Source of the DNA: Bacillota bacterium
Lineage (GTDB): Bacteria > Bacillota > Dethiobacteria > DTU022 > PWGO01
Assembly (NCBI GenBank): GCA_012518215.1
Contig: JAAYSV010000049.1
Span: 61,025-125,024 of the forward strand
Reading direction: 5' to 3'
DNA length: 64,000 bases
This document shows positions 53,771-62,777 of the stretch, piece after piece. Positions within the stretch are counted from its first letter, which is position 1. Each line of letters opens with the position of its first letter. The notes beneath the pieces were generated by a model. It had not been told where the DNA came from. It saw nothing but the letters and a program-made list of their open reading frames with translations, and did not search any database. Both the position numbers and the translations under genes were made by a program.

Positions 53771-55408
53771 TCATTTTTTTTCTTCACTGCAGGTAGTCAA
53801 TACCTCGTCAAGAATCATGGCCAGTTCGCCAATCTTGAAAGGTTTCTGCAGAAACCCTTTGAAACCGCGGCCAAAAAACTGTGATTTGTATTTCCCACAG
53901 TCATAACCGCTCACCATCACCGCCTTGACTCCGGGATCAATCCCGTGCAACAGCTTTACCGTCGCCAGACCGTTTATTCCCCCTGGAACGGACATATCCA
54001 CGAGGACGACGTCATAGGGCAAATCTTGCTGCATCGACCTTTCATAAAGCGTAACCGCTTCGGATCCATCGGAAGCACAATCAACATCATAGCCAAGCAT
54101 CCTCAGCATTTCCTCGGTCATCCTTCGTACCGGTTCGAGGTCATCCATTACCAGAACCCGGCCCTGGCCTTTCAACAGCACAGATTCTTCTTTCTCCTCC
54201 TGGTACAACCGGGTCTCATCTTTGCAGATGGGGAGATATATGTTGAAGATGGTTCCTCCCCCCGGTTTGGAATGGAAATCCATGTCTCCGCCGTTACTTT
54301 TGATAATTCTGTATGATGTTGGCAAACCCAGGCCGGTCCCGCCCGGTTTGGTGGTTACGAACCGATCAAATATTTTTTCCTGTATCTCTTCCGGAATGCC
54401 CACCCCTTCGTCAATAACCGATATCTTCACCAGTTCTTTCCCGGCAAGATGGGAAGGAACCGTTCCATCTGCCTGTCCGGAAGGCAGGTTTTTACCCTGA
54501 ATATAGATCTTGCCTCCGTAAGGCATGGCCTGCACCGCATTGATTATCAGATTGTTCATCGCCTCGGCAATCTGGTCCGGTTTTATCCTTACCGGTCCAA
54601 TTCCTTCGGGTATATCTACTTCCCCGCAAACACTCGTCCCTCTCAAGGCAAAGCTAACGATATCCTTCAGCAGCCTGTCCATCGGAACGATTTCATCGGA
54701 GGGTGTCCCATCCTTGGCATAAAAAAGAAGTTGATTGGATAACTCCTTTGCACGCATGATCGAATTTTCGATATTGTTCAAGATAGAGTTGGCCTCGGCA
54801 TTACCGGCAAACTTTTTGCGGCATAAAGAAATATTGCCAAACATTATGGCCAGGAAATTGTTGAAATCATGTGCCACCCCTCCTGCAATAGTGCTCAACA
54901 GGTTGAGCCTGCTTGCTTTTTCCAGTTCCGTTCTGATTTTCTTTTTCCGGCTAACATTGCCGATGACGGTCTGCACCAGGTTCCGGGAGTAAATATCGGG
55001 GCCGGGAAACGGGCAAGAGATCATTTCCCCCTCGATCAGCCCTTCTTTTTCCTTCTCCACCCATACCTTGAGTATTTCCTCCTCACCCTCCATGTAAAAT
55101 GGCATCGGCTCTTTCACACTGCTCTCGTTATCAAAAATAAACAATGATTCGATATCAAGCCCAATCAACTCCTGGGGATCTGCCGCACCGAAAAGTTTCA
55201 ATGCTTCCTCATTGGCATATCTGATCACACCGTCATCGTGAATCAGTACGGCTTCATCATGCAGGTTTATCATCAAGTTTATATATTTTTCAATTTTATT
55301 TTCGATTGTTTTGCTGCTATCTATTATTCCGCCTTTTAGAAACCCCCGAACCTCGCATTTGACACAATACTTATCTTCATCCTTCAAGCATCGGTCTTCC
55401 TCGTTCAT
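53771..55408 (-). CDS. Cytoplasmic hybrid sensor histidine kinase (PAS + HisKA + HATPase_c + receiver)
   Basis: 545-aa ORF with no TM segment. It has an H-box (GGVAHDFNNFL), N/G boxes (NLIINAVQAM; DEGVGI; GTGLGL) and a C-terminal receiver domain (VLVMDD...DVVLVDMSVPG). Confidence 0.85.
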   Translation of the reverse strand: MNEEDRCLKDEDKYCVKCEVRGFLKGGIIDSSKTIENKIEKYINLMINLHDEAVLIHDDGVIRYANEEALKLFGAADPQELIGLDIESLFIFDNESSVKEPMPFYMEGEEEILKVWVEKEKEGLIEGEMISCPFPGPDIYSRNLVQTVIGNVSRKKKIRTELEKASRLNLLSTIAGGVAHDFNNFLAIMFGNISLCRKKFAGNAEANSILNNIENSIMRAKELSNQLLFYAKDGTPSDEIVPMDRLLKDIVSFALRGTSVCGEVDIPEGIGPVRIKPDQIAEAMNNLIINAVQAMPYGGKIYIQGKNLPSGQADGTVPSHLAGKELVKISVIDEGVGIPEEIQEKIFDRFVTTKPGGTGLGLPTSYRIIKSNGGDMDFHSKPGGGTIFNIYLPICKDETRLYQEEKEESVLLKGQGRVLVMDDLEPVRRMTEEMLRMLGYDVDCASDGSEAVTLYERSMQQDLPYDVVLVDMSVPGGINGLATVKLLHGIDPGVKAVMVSGYDCGKYKSQFFGRGFKGFLQKPFKIGELAMILDEVLTTCSEEKK

Positions 55409-55556
55409 CCATACGGTCCCCCTTTATCATTTTTTGCGGAAACTTTAAGACAGCTTAACACCGTTTAAAGTATCTTTACATTATTCTGACAAATTTTCAA
55501 TGAACACAAACAGATATTTATTGAAAAAGTCTTCATTGATACGCGAATGGACATAT

Positions 55557-55586
55557 ACCGTTAATCTTCGAATAACTACCGTTTTG
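55557..55586 (+). promoter_or_regulatory. Pair of LytTR/AgrA-type direct repeats
   Basis: ACCGTTAAT (55557-55565) and ACCGTTTTG (55578-55586) are separated by a 12-bp spacer, giving a 21-bp period. The first repeat fits [TA][AC][CA]GTTN[AG][TG] exactly. Related half-sites occur at 55460-55468 and 55615-55623 (reverse orientation). Confidence 0.5.
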
Positions 55587-55764
55587 GTATTAAGCCAGGG
55601 GTACAAAAATCATTTCAAACGGTGCATTGGCCGCTTTACGGTCAATATTGACGTATTGCAGAAGTTATTCTTCCAACAACTTGATTTGCAGTTTCAATTA
55701 AATTAACCTTGCATCACGAACTTACATTATTTTACTTATCAACTTTCCGGGAGGAGTTCTGGAG

Positions 55765-56379
55765 ATGAACTTCAACTTTGTAGAAAACGCCAGCAGATCA
55801 TTGGCCACCGCTATTGCCGACAGCAATGGACAGCTTTCTTCGCCGGACAGGGTGGCTGAACTGGAATATGGTATCTACATGATAATCTCCACGGTTCTCA
55901 AAACAGCTCTCATCCTGGCCGCCGCTTATTTTCTGGGCATTTTTAAATTTGTACTCCTATCCTATGTCAGCTTCGGGGCCTTGAGAACATTTGCAGGGGG
56001 CGCTCATGCTCGCACTTCCTGGGGGTGTTTCGTATATGCACTCCTGATCTATTTTCCCATCGTCTATGTGGCCATCCACTATCCTTTCCCGGCCATCCTC
56101 AACTATCTTCTTTTTTTCGCTGCCCTGGCCATCACTTTCATCCACGCTCCTGCCGATGTAAAGGAAAATCCGATCTCCTGCCCTGAACGCCGCCGCAAAT
56201 TGAAAACTTTCGCACTTCTCACCCTGCTTGCCTTTCTGGTCATGGCCGCCTTCTTGCAGCCGATCTGCTCCTCGATAATGGCGCTTTCGGTCTTCATGGA
56301 ATCCTTGACTCTTACTCCTGTATTTTATGCGCTGACGAAATCGAAACGGGGAGGTGAATTTGATGAAGATGATCGATAA
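55765..56379 (+). CDS. agrB: Accessory gene regulator B (AgrD-processing membrane peptidase)
   Basis: 204-aa polytopic ORF. LRTFAGGAHARTSWGCFVY carries the conserved His and Cys of AgrB. GGGAGGAG lies upstream. Confidence 0.85.
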   Translation: MNFNFVENASRSLATAIADSNGQLSSPDRVAELEYGIYMIISTVLKTALILAAAYFLGIFKFVLLSYVSFGALRTFAGGAHARTSWGCFVYALLIYFPIVYVAIHYPFPAILNYLLFFAALAITFIHAPADVKENPISCPERRRKLKTFALLTLLAFLVMAAFLQPICSSIMALSVFMESLTLTPVFYALTKSKRGGEFDEDDR

Positions 56380-56512
56380 GATCGGCCTGAAGGCGGCATT
56401 GATGTTGCTTGCCGGAACGGTAGCCCTCTTTGTGGCTGAAAAATCAGTGGGCGCCAGCTTTTTCTGGTTCATGCACCAGCCGTCCGTACCCAAATCATTG
56501 TTGAAAAAATAA
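56363..56512 (+). CDS. agrD: AgrD-type autoinducing peptide precursor (49 aa, not in ORF track)
   Basis: My own translation gives MKMIDKIGLKAALMLLAGTVALFVAEKSVGASFFWFMHQPSVPKSLLKK. It has an amphipathic leader, a hydrophobic core, and a C-terminal HQPxxPKSL tail as in clostridial AgrDs. GGAGGTG lies 6 nt upstream. It overlaps the agrB 3' end by 17 nt. Confidence 0.75.
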   Translation: MKMIDKIGLKAALMLLAGTVALFVAEKSVGASFFWFMHQPSVPKSLLKK

Positions 56513-56541
56513 ATAGCATTTTGCAAACTGACTGAACCTTT

Positions 56542-56586
56542 GCAGGGATGGATATAAATATCATGTCATCCCTGCCTTCTTTTTTA
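56542..56586 (+). terminator. Rho-independent terminator after agrBD
   Basis: GCAGGGATG-(16 nt)-CATCCCTGC followed by CTTCTTTTTTA. It overlaps the stop codon of the convergent kinase gene. Confidence 0.65.
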
Positions 56587-57840
56587 TCCACGTTCTTTAT
56601 CTTTCAAAGGAACAACAATCCCCTGCGTGAAATAACCATCTTCAAACATGGTATTGTGGAATACCCCTTTGTAACGGCCAAGTATTTTTTGTGCCCACCA
56701 GAGACCGCTTCCCCGCCCGTCCCCCTTGGTGGAGTACCCCTTCCTGTAGAGCCCGGCGACAGGGATGGGGATATCATCAATGCTGTTGACAATGTTGATT
56801 TTTACATGCCCATCATCCCGTTCCAATTCGATGTCGATTTGCTTTTGTTCCAGATCCTCCACTGCTTCGATGGCATTATCCATGAAGATTCCCAGTACTT
56901 CGTATAGCTCATGGCTCTTTATTATCGTCTCCCCGATCTCGCCGTCAATATTCAAATTCACCTCGATACCGGTAGATTCCGCCACGCCTATCTTGGCAGA
57001 AAGCAGCCCGTACAGACCGGGGTCTGCAATTCCCTGTAACATGCCGGTACCATGTGTCCTGAACCTCCTGCTTCCTGCAACCAGATCGTCGATATATTCC
57101 CTCAGCTGCCCCCACTCCTCCAGCTCTGCATATCCGGAGAGGCCGTGCAGGATGTTCAGATAATTATGCTTGAACCTTCGCAATTCCTCGGAGAGTTCGT
57201 CAATGGTTTTTATATACAGCTCCAGTTGCTGGCTCCTTCTTTGTTCCTGTTTCAGTCGATTGCTGACCAGCACAAAGATCAGCGTCAATATCAGGAATGA
57301 AAACAGAAGGGTAACATAGATTACGTTGGCCCTTGAAGCCATGCCGCCGACATTGACGATGAAGATGAAATTTGCAAATATAATGGTCAAGGCCGCAACG
57401 ATATAAAGAACTGTATTCAGATCCAGGGGGAGCTGGCGAAGAGTCTTGAAACCATACTGAAAATATTTCCTTTTCAATACAAACAAAAATAGAAATACAA
57501 AAGCATACCCGGCCAGGTGACAACCCAGCGTAAGGATGATGCTGGATTGCACATAAGCAATATCATAATGAAGCAACCGGGTAAAAACGAGAAAAGAAAC
57601 AAAATCCCCCAGGCCCATCAAAATGAAAAAAATGCCCGTGACAACAAAACTCTGGCCAATTTTCAATCTCAGGACCAGATACAGCATGGCCGTACAGAAC
57701 AGGATAAGATACAGTGTCATGTCATTGTTGTTGGGGCCGATGAACGAAATTGCAGACCCCAGGTACAGCGACCCGGCAACGACAAAAATTGCCGCATTTT
57801 TCACCGTCGAGGAACCGGATCCGTATAGCCCCCGGGACAA
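56584..57840 (-). CDS. AgrC-like membrane sensor histidine kinase (HPK10/GHKL)
   Basis: 418-aa ORF with about 6 N-terminal TM segments, an H-box region (RRFKHNYLNILHGL), and a C-terminal ATPase domain (FMDNAIEA...GDGRGSGLW). Confidence 0.8.
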   Translation of the reverse strand: MSRGLYGSGSSTVKNAAIFVVAGSLYLGSAISFIGPNNNDMTLYLILFCTAMLYLVLRLKIGQSFVVTGIFFILMGLGDFVSFLVFTRLLHYDIAYVQSSIILTLGCHLAGYAFVFLFLFVLKRKYFQYGFKTLRQLPLDLNTVLYIVAALTIIFANFIFIVNVGGMASRANVIYVTLLFSFLILTLIFVLVSNRLKQEQRRSQQLELYIKTIDELSEELRRFKHNYLNILHGLSGYAELEEWGQLREYIDDLVAGSRRFRTHGTGMLQGIADPGLYGLLSAKIGVAESTGIEVNLNIDGEIGETIIKSHELYEVLGIFMDNAIEAVEDLEQKQIDIELERDDGHVKINIVNSIDDIPIPVAGLYRKGYSTKGDGRGSGLWWAQKILGRYKGVFHNTMFEDGYFTQGIVVPLKDKERG

Positions 57841-57880
57841 CCTGTATATGACCCAGAAAGAAAAAGCCGAGACAAGATAG

Positions 57881-58606
57881 TTAAATAATATCCGGGAAAT
57901 GCTTCAGTACCTCCTTCCGGCATCTTCTGGAAATATAGCATTTTTCTCCGTTGCTCATCAGTATGCTTCGTTCCTTCAAGCAGATCTTCCGAACATGTTC
58001 AGCGTTGACCAGGTATGACCGATGGCAGGAGATAAAGCCGTAGCCTTCCAACGCTTTGACCATGGACTTCAATGATTCATAGCTCCTTATCATCCCGTTG
58101 ACAAGATGAACTTCTACCTGCTGTCCGCATTTTTCCAGATAGATTATATCTTTGACCTTGACCATATGAATACTGCTGCCCGACTTTATTGGAACCTTGA
58201 CCGCAAATGATTTCAGTTCACGGTAATCCTCGTGTAGAGAAAGGATGCAGCGCTTCATTCTTCTGAAAGAAACAGGCTTGACCAGATAATCAAATATTTT
58301 CATCTGCAAGCTTGACGCCAGATATTCCTGATGCGCCGTCAGGAAAACAATGTAGGACTGACGATCAACCTCCCTGATTCTCCGGGCCAGTTCCAGGCCG
58401 CATCTGTTTCCTTCAAAATCTATGTCAAGGATATAGGCATTGACACGGTCAAAATGTTGCCCCGCATAGAGAAGGAGATCATCAACATTGTCAATTACCG
58501 CGGAAATTTCAGCCCCGACCCCGTTCTTGACGAAAATCCTCTCCATCCATTTCTCCAGAAAATGGTTGTGTTTTCTGTTGTCATCGCAGATAACAAAATG
58601 CAACAT
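57881..58606 (-). CDS. LytTR-family response regulator (AgrA-like)
   Basis: The receiver domain has FVICDD...AYILDIDF. The LytTR domain has IIYLEK....V.L......Y.SLK.....L....FISCHRSYLVN. The start is set at MLHFV (58606). Confidence 0.85.
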   Translation of the reverse strand: MLHFVICDDNRKHNHFLEKWMERIFVKNGVGAEISAVIDNVDDLLLYAGQHFDRVNAYILDIDFEGNRCGLELARRIREVDRQSYIVFLTAHQEYLASSLQMKIFDYLVKPVSFRRMKRCILSLHEDYRELKSFAVKVPIKSGSSIHMVKVKDIIYLEKCGQQVEVHLVNGMIRSYESLKSMVKALEGYGFISCHRSYLVNAEHVRKICLKERSILMSNGEKCYISRRCRKEVLKHFPDII

Positions 58607-58843
58607 CAATTTACCCCGATATATCAATATAGGCTTTTTTTTGTGAATGACGTAACTTGTTTTGCCAGTCTTTAATAAATTCAACGCATTGATTCAAACT
58701 CCTTCAATTGATCGAATTTTCTGTTATATCCGCCAACAAATGATTCATTTCGAGCAAAATAAAAGGAGTATCGGATCAAAACATCCTGAATCCGATTTTC
58801 ATGAAAATTTTGTCTACATGCGGCGACTCCAGATTTTTTTAAA

Positions 58844-59503
58844 TCAATTCAGTGGATTGTTATCATTGATCTTCATGGCGCTGAGCAAGATCTCCCAGTA
58901 CATTTTCAGGCGAGCTGCGCCTCCTTTCAGGAGGCCCATCTTCTCCTCCTTCATGACATGTGAGAGATCTTTGAGGGTCACTTCTTCAACACGAAGATTT
59001 GTTTCCTCCGCATAACGATGCAAAGCCACTTCAATACCAAAACGGCTGATGTCCAGTCCAGAAATGTCCTCGAAAATTTTTCTCTTGAGAGCTCTCTGAC
59101 CGGAAAGGAAAGGAGCCACTTTCTGAGCCAGATCGGTGGCCGCACGCCCTTTCCCGAATAACCCGATACTCATATCCGCCCGTCCGGAAAAAACAGGTTC
59201 AAGCAGAAGTACAATATGCTCGGGTTGAAGCCCGATGAGATCGGCATCAAGAAGCAGAATTACTTCCGTATTGGCAATGTCGAGGCCGGCTTTGACCGCC
59301 CCGCCCTTCCCCCGATTTTCGTGCAGGTCGATAACATCCACTTCTTGACGGTACGCTATCTCCACGGTCCTGTCCGTCGAACCGTCGCTGACTACAATGA
59401 TGCGATCCACCTCGGGACTTTGTTTCAAAGCCCGGATCACATTTGTAATTGTTTTTTCTTCATTGAAAGCCGGAATTATGGCCGTTACGTTGATTTTTTT
59501 CAC
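58844..59503 (-). CDS. Family 2 glycosyltransferase
   Basis: Contains VTAIIPAFNEE...VVSDGSTDRT...LLLDADL (DxD). The start is uncertain: GTG 59503, TTG 59509, or ATC 59494, which sits 8 nt after GGAGG. The track start at 59647 overlaps ispG by 188 nt. Confidence 0.7.
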   Translation of the reverse strand: MKKINVTAIIPAFNEEKTITNVIRALKQSPEVDRIIVVSDGSTDRTVEIAYRQEVDVIDLHENRGKGGAVKAGLDIANTEVILLLDADLIGLQPEHIVLLLEPVFSGRADMSIGLFGKGRAATDLAQKVAPFLSGQRALKRKIFEDISGLDISRFGIEVALHRYAEETNLRVEEVTLKDLSHVMKEEKMGLLKGGAARLKMYWEILLSAMKINDNNPLN

Positions 59504-60599
59504 CTCCAATGCCAGTTTCCGCGCAAAGTTTCTGCAGTTCTTCCCTGAAAGCCTCGATAAGCTGCTCACCGGGAACCCGGCGGATAATCTGGCCATGACG
59601 GAAAATGACACCTTTCCGGGCACTGCCGCTAACGCCCAGATCTGCATCCCGGGCCTCCCCGGGACCGTTCACAATACAGCCCATCACTGCCACCTTGATC
59701 GGTTTTTCCACGTTTTCAATAATATTTTCGACCTCGGCGGCCAATTTTATTACGTCAATTTCGCAACGCCCGCAAGTCGGGCATGCAACAAGTTCTGCCC
59801 CGAACCGACGTCGACCCGCAAATTGCAGGATAAGCCGGGCCGCATTGATCTCCTCAACCGGATCGGAAGTCAGGGAAACCCTTACCGTGTCCCCGATCCC
59901 TTCCATCAACAAAGCCCCTATACCCACAGCCGATTTGATCGTTCCACGCTGCGGCGGGCCAGCTTCGGTGATGCCCAGATGAAACGGGTAATCCACTTTC
60001 CCGGCCATGAACCGGTAAGCCCGGTACGTCGTTGGCACATCGGATGCTTTCAGCGAAATAACGACATCGAAATAATCCATCCTCTCGAGAACTCGAATAT
60101 GATTCAAAGCTGATTCTACCAGAGCTTCCGGCGTGGCTCCCCCGTATTTTTCCCGGATCCCTTTTTCCAGGGATGCGGCATTGACACCGATGCGCAGGGG
60201 AATACTGTTTTCCCGGGCACGGGCAACAATCTGCATCAGTCGATCGATCCCCCCGATATTTCCCGGGTTGATGCGCAACTTGGCAATATTCTGTTCCAGC
60301 GCATCCAATGCCAGTTCATATCGATAATGGACATCGGCAACAACGGGTATGGGGCTATCGGCGGTAATTCTGGTCAAAGCCGAAACTGCCCCCCTGTCAG
60401 GTACCGCTACCCGGACCAGTTCACCGCCGGCATTGTGAATCTCCCTGATCTGCCGCAGCGTGGAAGACACATCATCGGTGCGCGTGTTGGTCATGGATTG
60501 AACTGAAATGGGTGCATCCCCACCGATGACCACTCCGCCGACATTCACCGTTCTGGCCGACCTACGTTCACCTTCCATCTCGACATCACGCTTTCTCAA
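59460..60599 (-). CDS. ispG: 4-hydroxy-3-methylbut-2-en-1-yl diphosphate synthase
   Basis: Contains VGGVVIGGDAPISVQSMTNT, CPTCGRC and GCIVNGPGE. The TTG start overlaps the rseP stop (TTGA). Confidence 0.9.
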   Translation of the reverse strand: MRKRDVEMEGERRSARTVNVGGVVIGGDAPISVQSMTNTRTDDVSSTLRQIREIHNAGGELVRVAVPDRGAVSALTRITADSPIPVVADVHYRYELALDALEQNIAKLRINPGNIGGIDRLMQIVARARENSIPLRIGVNAASLEKGIREKYGGATPEALVESALNHIRVLERMDYFDVVISLKASDVPTTYRAYRFMAGKVDYPFHLGITEAGPPQRGTIKSAVGIGALLMEGIGDTVRVSLTSDPVEEINAARLILQFAGRRRFGAELVACPTCGRCEIDVIKLAAEVENIIENVEKPIKVAVMGCIVNGPGEARDADLGVSGSARKGVIFRHGQIIRRVPGEQLIEAFREELQKLCAETGIGGEKNQRNGHNSGFQ

Positions 60600-61627
60600 C
60601 GAAATAAATTCAACCTGATCAGGTCATTGTAGGTTATCAGAAGGATGAGGGCAATAAGTATCACGAACCCGATCATATGAATCAAACCCTCTTTTTCCGG
60701 GTCCAGAGGCCGCCTTCTGATACCCTCTACAAGAAGAAAGAGAAGGCGTCCCCCATCGAGAGCCGGAATGGGCAGTAGATTCATGATGCACAAACTGAAA
60801 CTTATCAGTGCCGTCAGCAACATGAGGCTGACAATGCCGCTGCTGGCAGCCTGACCCACAAAACTAATTATGCCCACCGGGCCTACCACTTCCAGTGGAA
60901 CCTTGCCGGTGATGGTCCGGTAGGTTGCCACCAGGACAAATGATATATATTGAAAAGTGCTTGTAACCGCCCCCGTGAAGACAAACTTTTCCATGCGGGG
61001 TGTTATGCCGATTACCCCCCTCGACCCCTCCGGAGTCTCCTCCGCAACAGGAATAACGGAAACAGCCTCCTGTTTCCCGTTACGGAGAAAATCAAGTTCA
61101 ACCTTCTGCCCCTCCTTGCCCTCGATCAGAGCTACCACATCATCCCACTCCCTGACGTTTTCCCCGTCAATAGCTGTCAACTGATCACCAGGCCGCAGCC
61201 CTGCCTCGGCAGCCGGATGTCCAGGAACCACGCTTCCTATCGCCGTGGAGTCAGTGGCAGGGACCCCCACAAAAAAGAAATACACGCTGAAGAGCAGCAA
61301 CAGGGCAAGAAGTAAATTCATGATCGGCCCTGCAATTACCACGAATATACGGTTGATGAGCGGTTTCTCCGCGAAGCTACCGGGGTCATCCCTTTCATCC
61401 GGATCCTCGCCCAACATGCGGCAAAAGCCTCCGAAAGGTATGATTCTCAACGAATAATCCGTTCCACCCCGCGACCACCCCACAAGCCGCGGCCCGAAAC
61501 CGAGCGCCAATTCAAGAACCTTGATGCCGCTCATCCTGGCCGCTATATAGTGGCCCAGCTCATGCACAAATATGATCAGACCAAAAACAATGATCGAGGC
61601 AATGATAGTCTGCAACTCACCGATCAC
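60596..61627 (-). CDS. rseP: RIP metalloprotease RseP/YluC (M50 with PDZ)
   Basis: Has HELGHY in TM1, a central PDZ domain (AAEAGLRPGDQLTAIDG) and NLLPIPALDGG. Confidence 0.9.
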   Translation of the reverse strand: MIGELQTIIASIIVFGLIIFVHELGHYIAARMSGIKVLELALGFGPRLVGWSRGGTDYSLRIIPFGGFCRMLGEDPDERDDPGSFAEKPLINRIFVVIAGPIMNLLLALLLLFSVYFFFVGVPATDSTAIGSVVPGHPAAEAGLRPGDQLTAIDGENVREWDDVVALIEGKEGQKVELDFLRNGKQEAVSVIPVAEETPEGSRGVIGITPRMEKFVFTGAVTSTFQYISFVLVATYRTITGKVPLEVVGPVGIISFVGQAASSGIVSLMLLTALISFSLCIMNLLPIPALDGGRLLFLLVEGIRRRPLDPEKEGLIHMIGFVILIALILLITYNDLIRLNLFR

Positions 61628-62777
61628 CTGCTTTACAGATATTTAACGCGATTTTCCGGGCCCACCGGTCGGCTTCGACTATATCTTCCCCCGACGGGCT
61701 TCTTATTATCTTGTGCTCATCCATGATATTTCTGGCAATGCCCGTTATTTCGGGGAACTTTATTCTGCCCTTCAAAAACTGATCCACTGCAATTTCATTG
61801 GCAGCGTTCAATACCGCAGGCATCGTTCCTCCAGATTTTCCGGCCATGTAGGCAATCTCAAGAGCAGGGAATCTTTCCATGTCAGGGGGTTCAAAGTTCC
61901 ATGATTGTTCTACCAGATCGACCCTGGGAAAAGAAGATTCTTTCCGCGCGGGATATGTAAGTGCATATTGAATGGGAATGCGCATATCCGGAGGTGCAAT
62001 CTGCGCTTTTACCGAACCGTCTACAAACTCCACCAAAGAATGAACCATGCTCTGGGGGTGGACAACCACCTTGATCCGATCCAGGTCGATACCAAATAAC
62101 CATCGCGCTTCCAGCACCTCAAAACCTTTGTTCATCAGGGTAGCAGAATCTATGGTAATCTTGGGCCCCATCCGCCACCGGGGGTGCTTCAACGCCTCTT
62201 CCGGATTCACCCTCTCCAGTCGAAGAGGATCCATTTCCCGGAAAGGACCGCCCGATGCCGTAAGAATCAGGCGGGCGACATTTGCCATTTTTTCTCCTCG
62301 CAGGCATTGAAAAATCGCGGAATGTTCACTGTCCACGGGAACAATCAATTCCCGGAAGCCCGGCACCTCGCGGGAAAGTAGCTCCCCACCGACGACGAGC
62401 GATTCTTTGTTGGCCAGGGCGATGCGCTTCCCCGCTTTCAAGGCAGCAACGGTAGGCGCGAACCCACCGAATCCCACCACGGCGATAAGGGCGATATCTG
62501 CAGAGGGTTCGAGAGCTGCATGGATGAGCGCTTCCCTCCCCGCTTCCACCCTGATGCGGCGATCCCCGATTTCTCCGATCAAAAGATCAATGTTATCTTC
62601 CCCGCCGGCAAGAACCACCAGCTCGGGGTTGAAACGACGGGCCTGTTCTGCCAACAACCTGTAGTTTGTATTGGCAGAAAGAGCAACAACCTTGTAATCA
62701 CGCCCCAGCGCACCGATAACTTCCAATGCCTGCCTGCCCACGGAACCGGTTGAACCCAGGATACTTATATTCGGCAG
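61617..62777 (-). CDS. dxr: 1-deoxy-D-xylulose 5-phosphate reductoisomerase
   Basis: The track ORF starts at GTG 62741, inside the NADPH-binding motif. The in-frame extension LPNISILGSTGSVGRQALEVI restores GSTGSxG. The upstream frame is closed by TAA, so the start must be CTG 62777 (AAGGAGG 7 nt upstream), ATA 62768 or ATC 62762. Confidence 0.85.
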   Translation of the reverse strand: MPNISILGSTGSVGRQALEVIGALGRDYKVVALSANTNYRLLAEQARRFNPELVVLAGGEDNIDLLIGEIGDRRIRVEAGREALIHAALEPSADIALIAVVGFGGFAPTVAALKAGKRIALANKESLVVGGELLSREVPGFRELIVPVDSEHSAIFQCLRGEKMANVARLILTASGGPFREMDPLRLERVNPEEALKHPRWRMGPKITIDSATLMNKGFEVLEARWLFGIDLDRIKVVVHPQSMVHSLVEFVDGSVKAQIAPPDMRIPIQYALTYPARKESSFPRVDLVEQSWNFEPPDMERFPALEIAYMAGKSGGTMPAVLNAANEIAVDQFLKGRIKFPEITGIARNIMDEHKIIRSPSGEDIVEADRWARKIALNICKAGDR

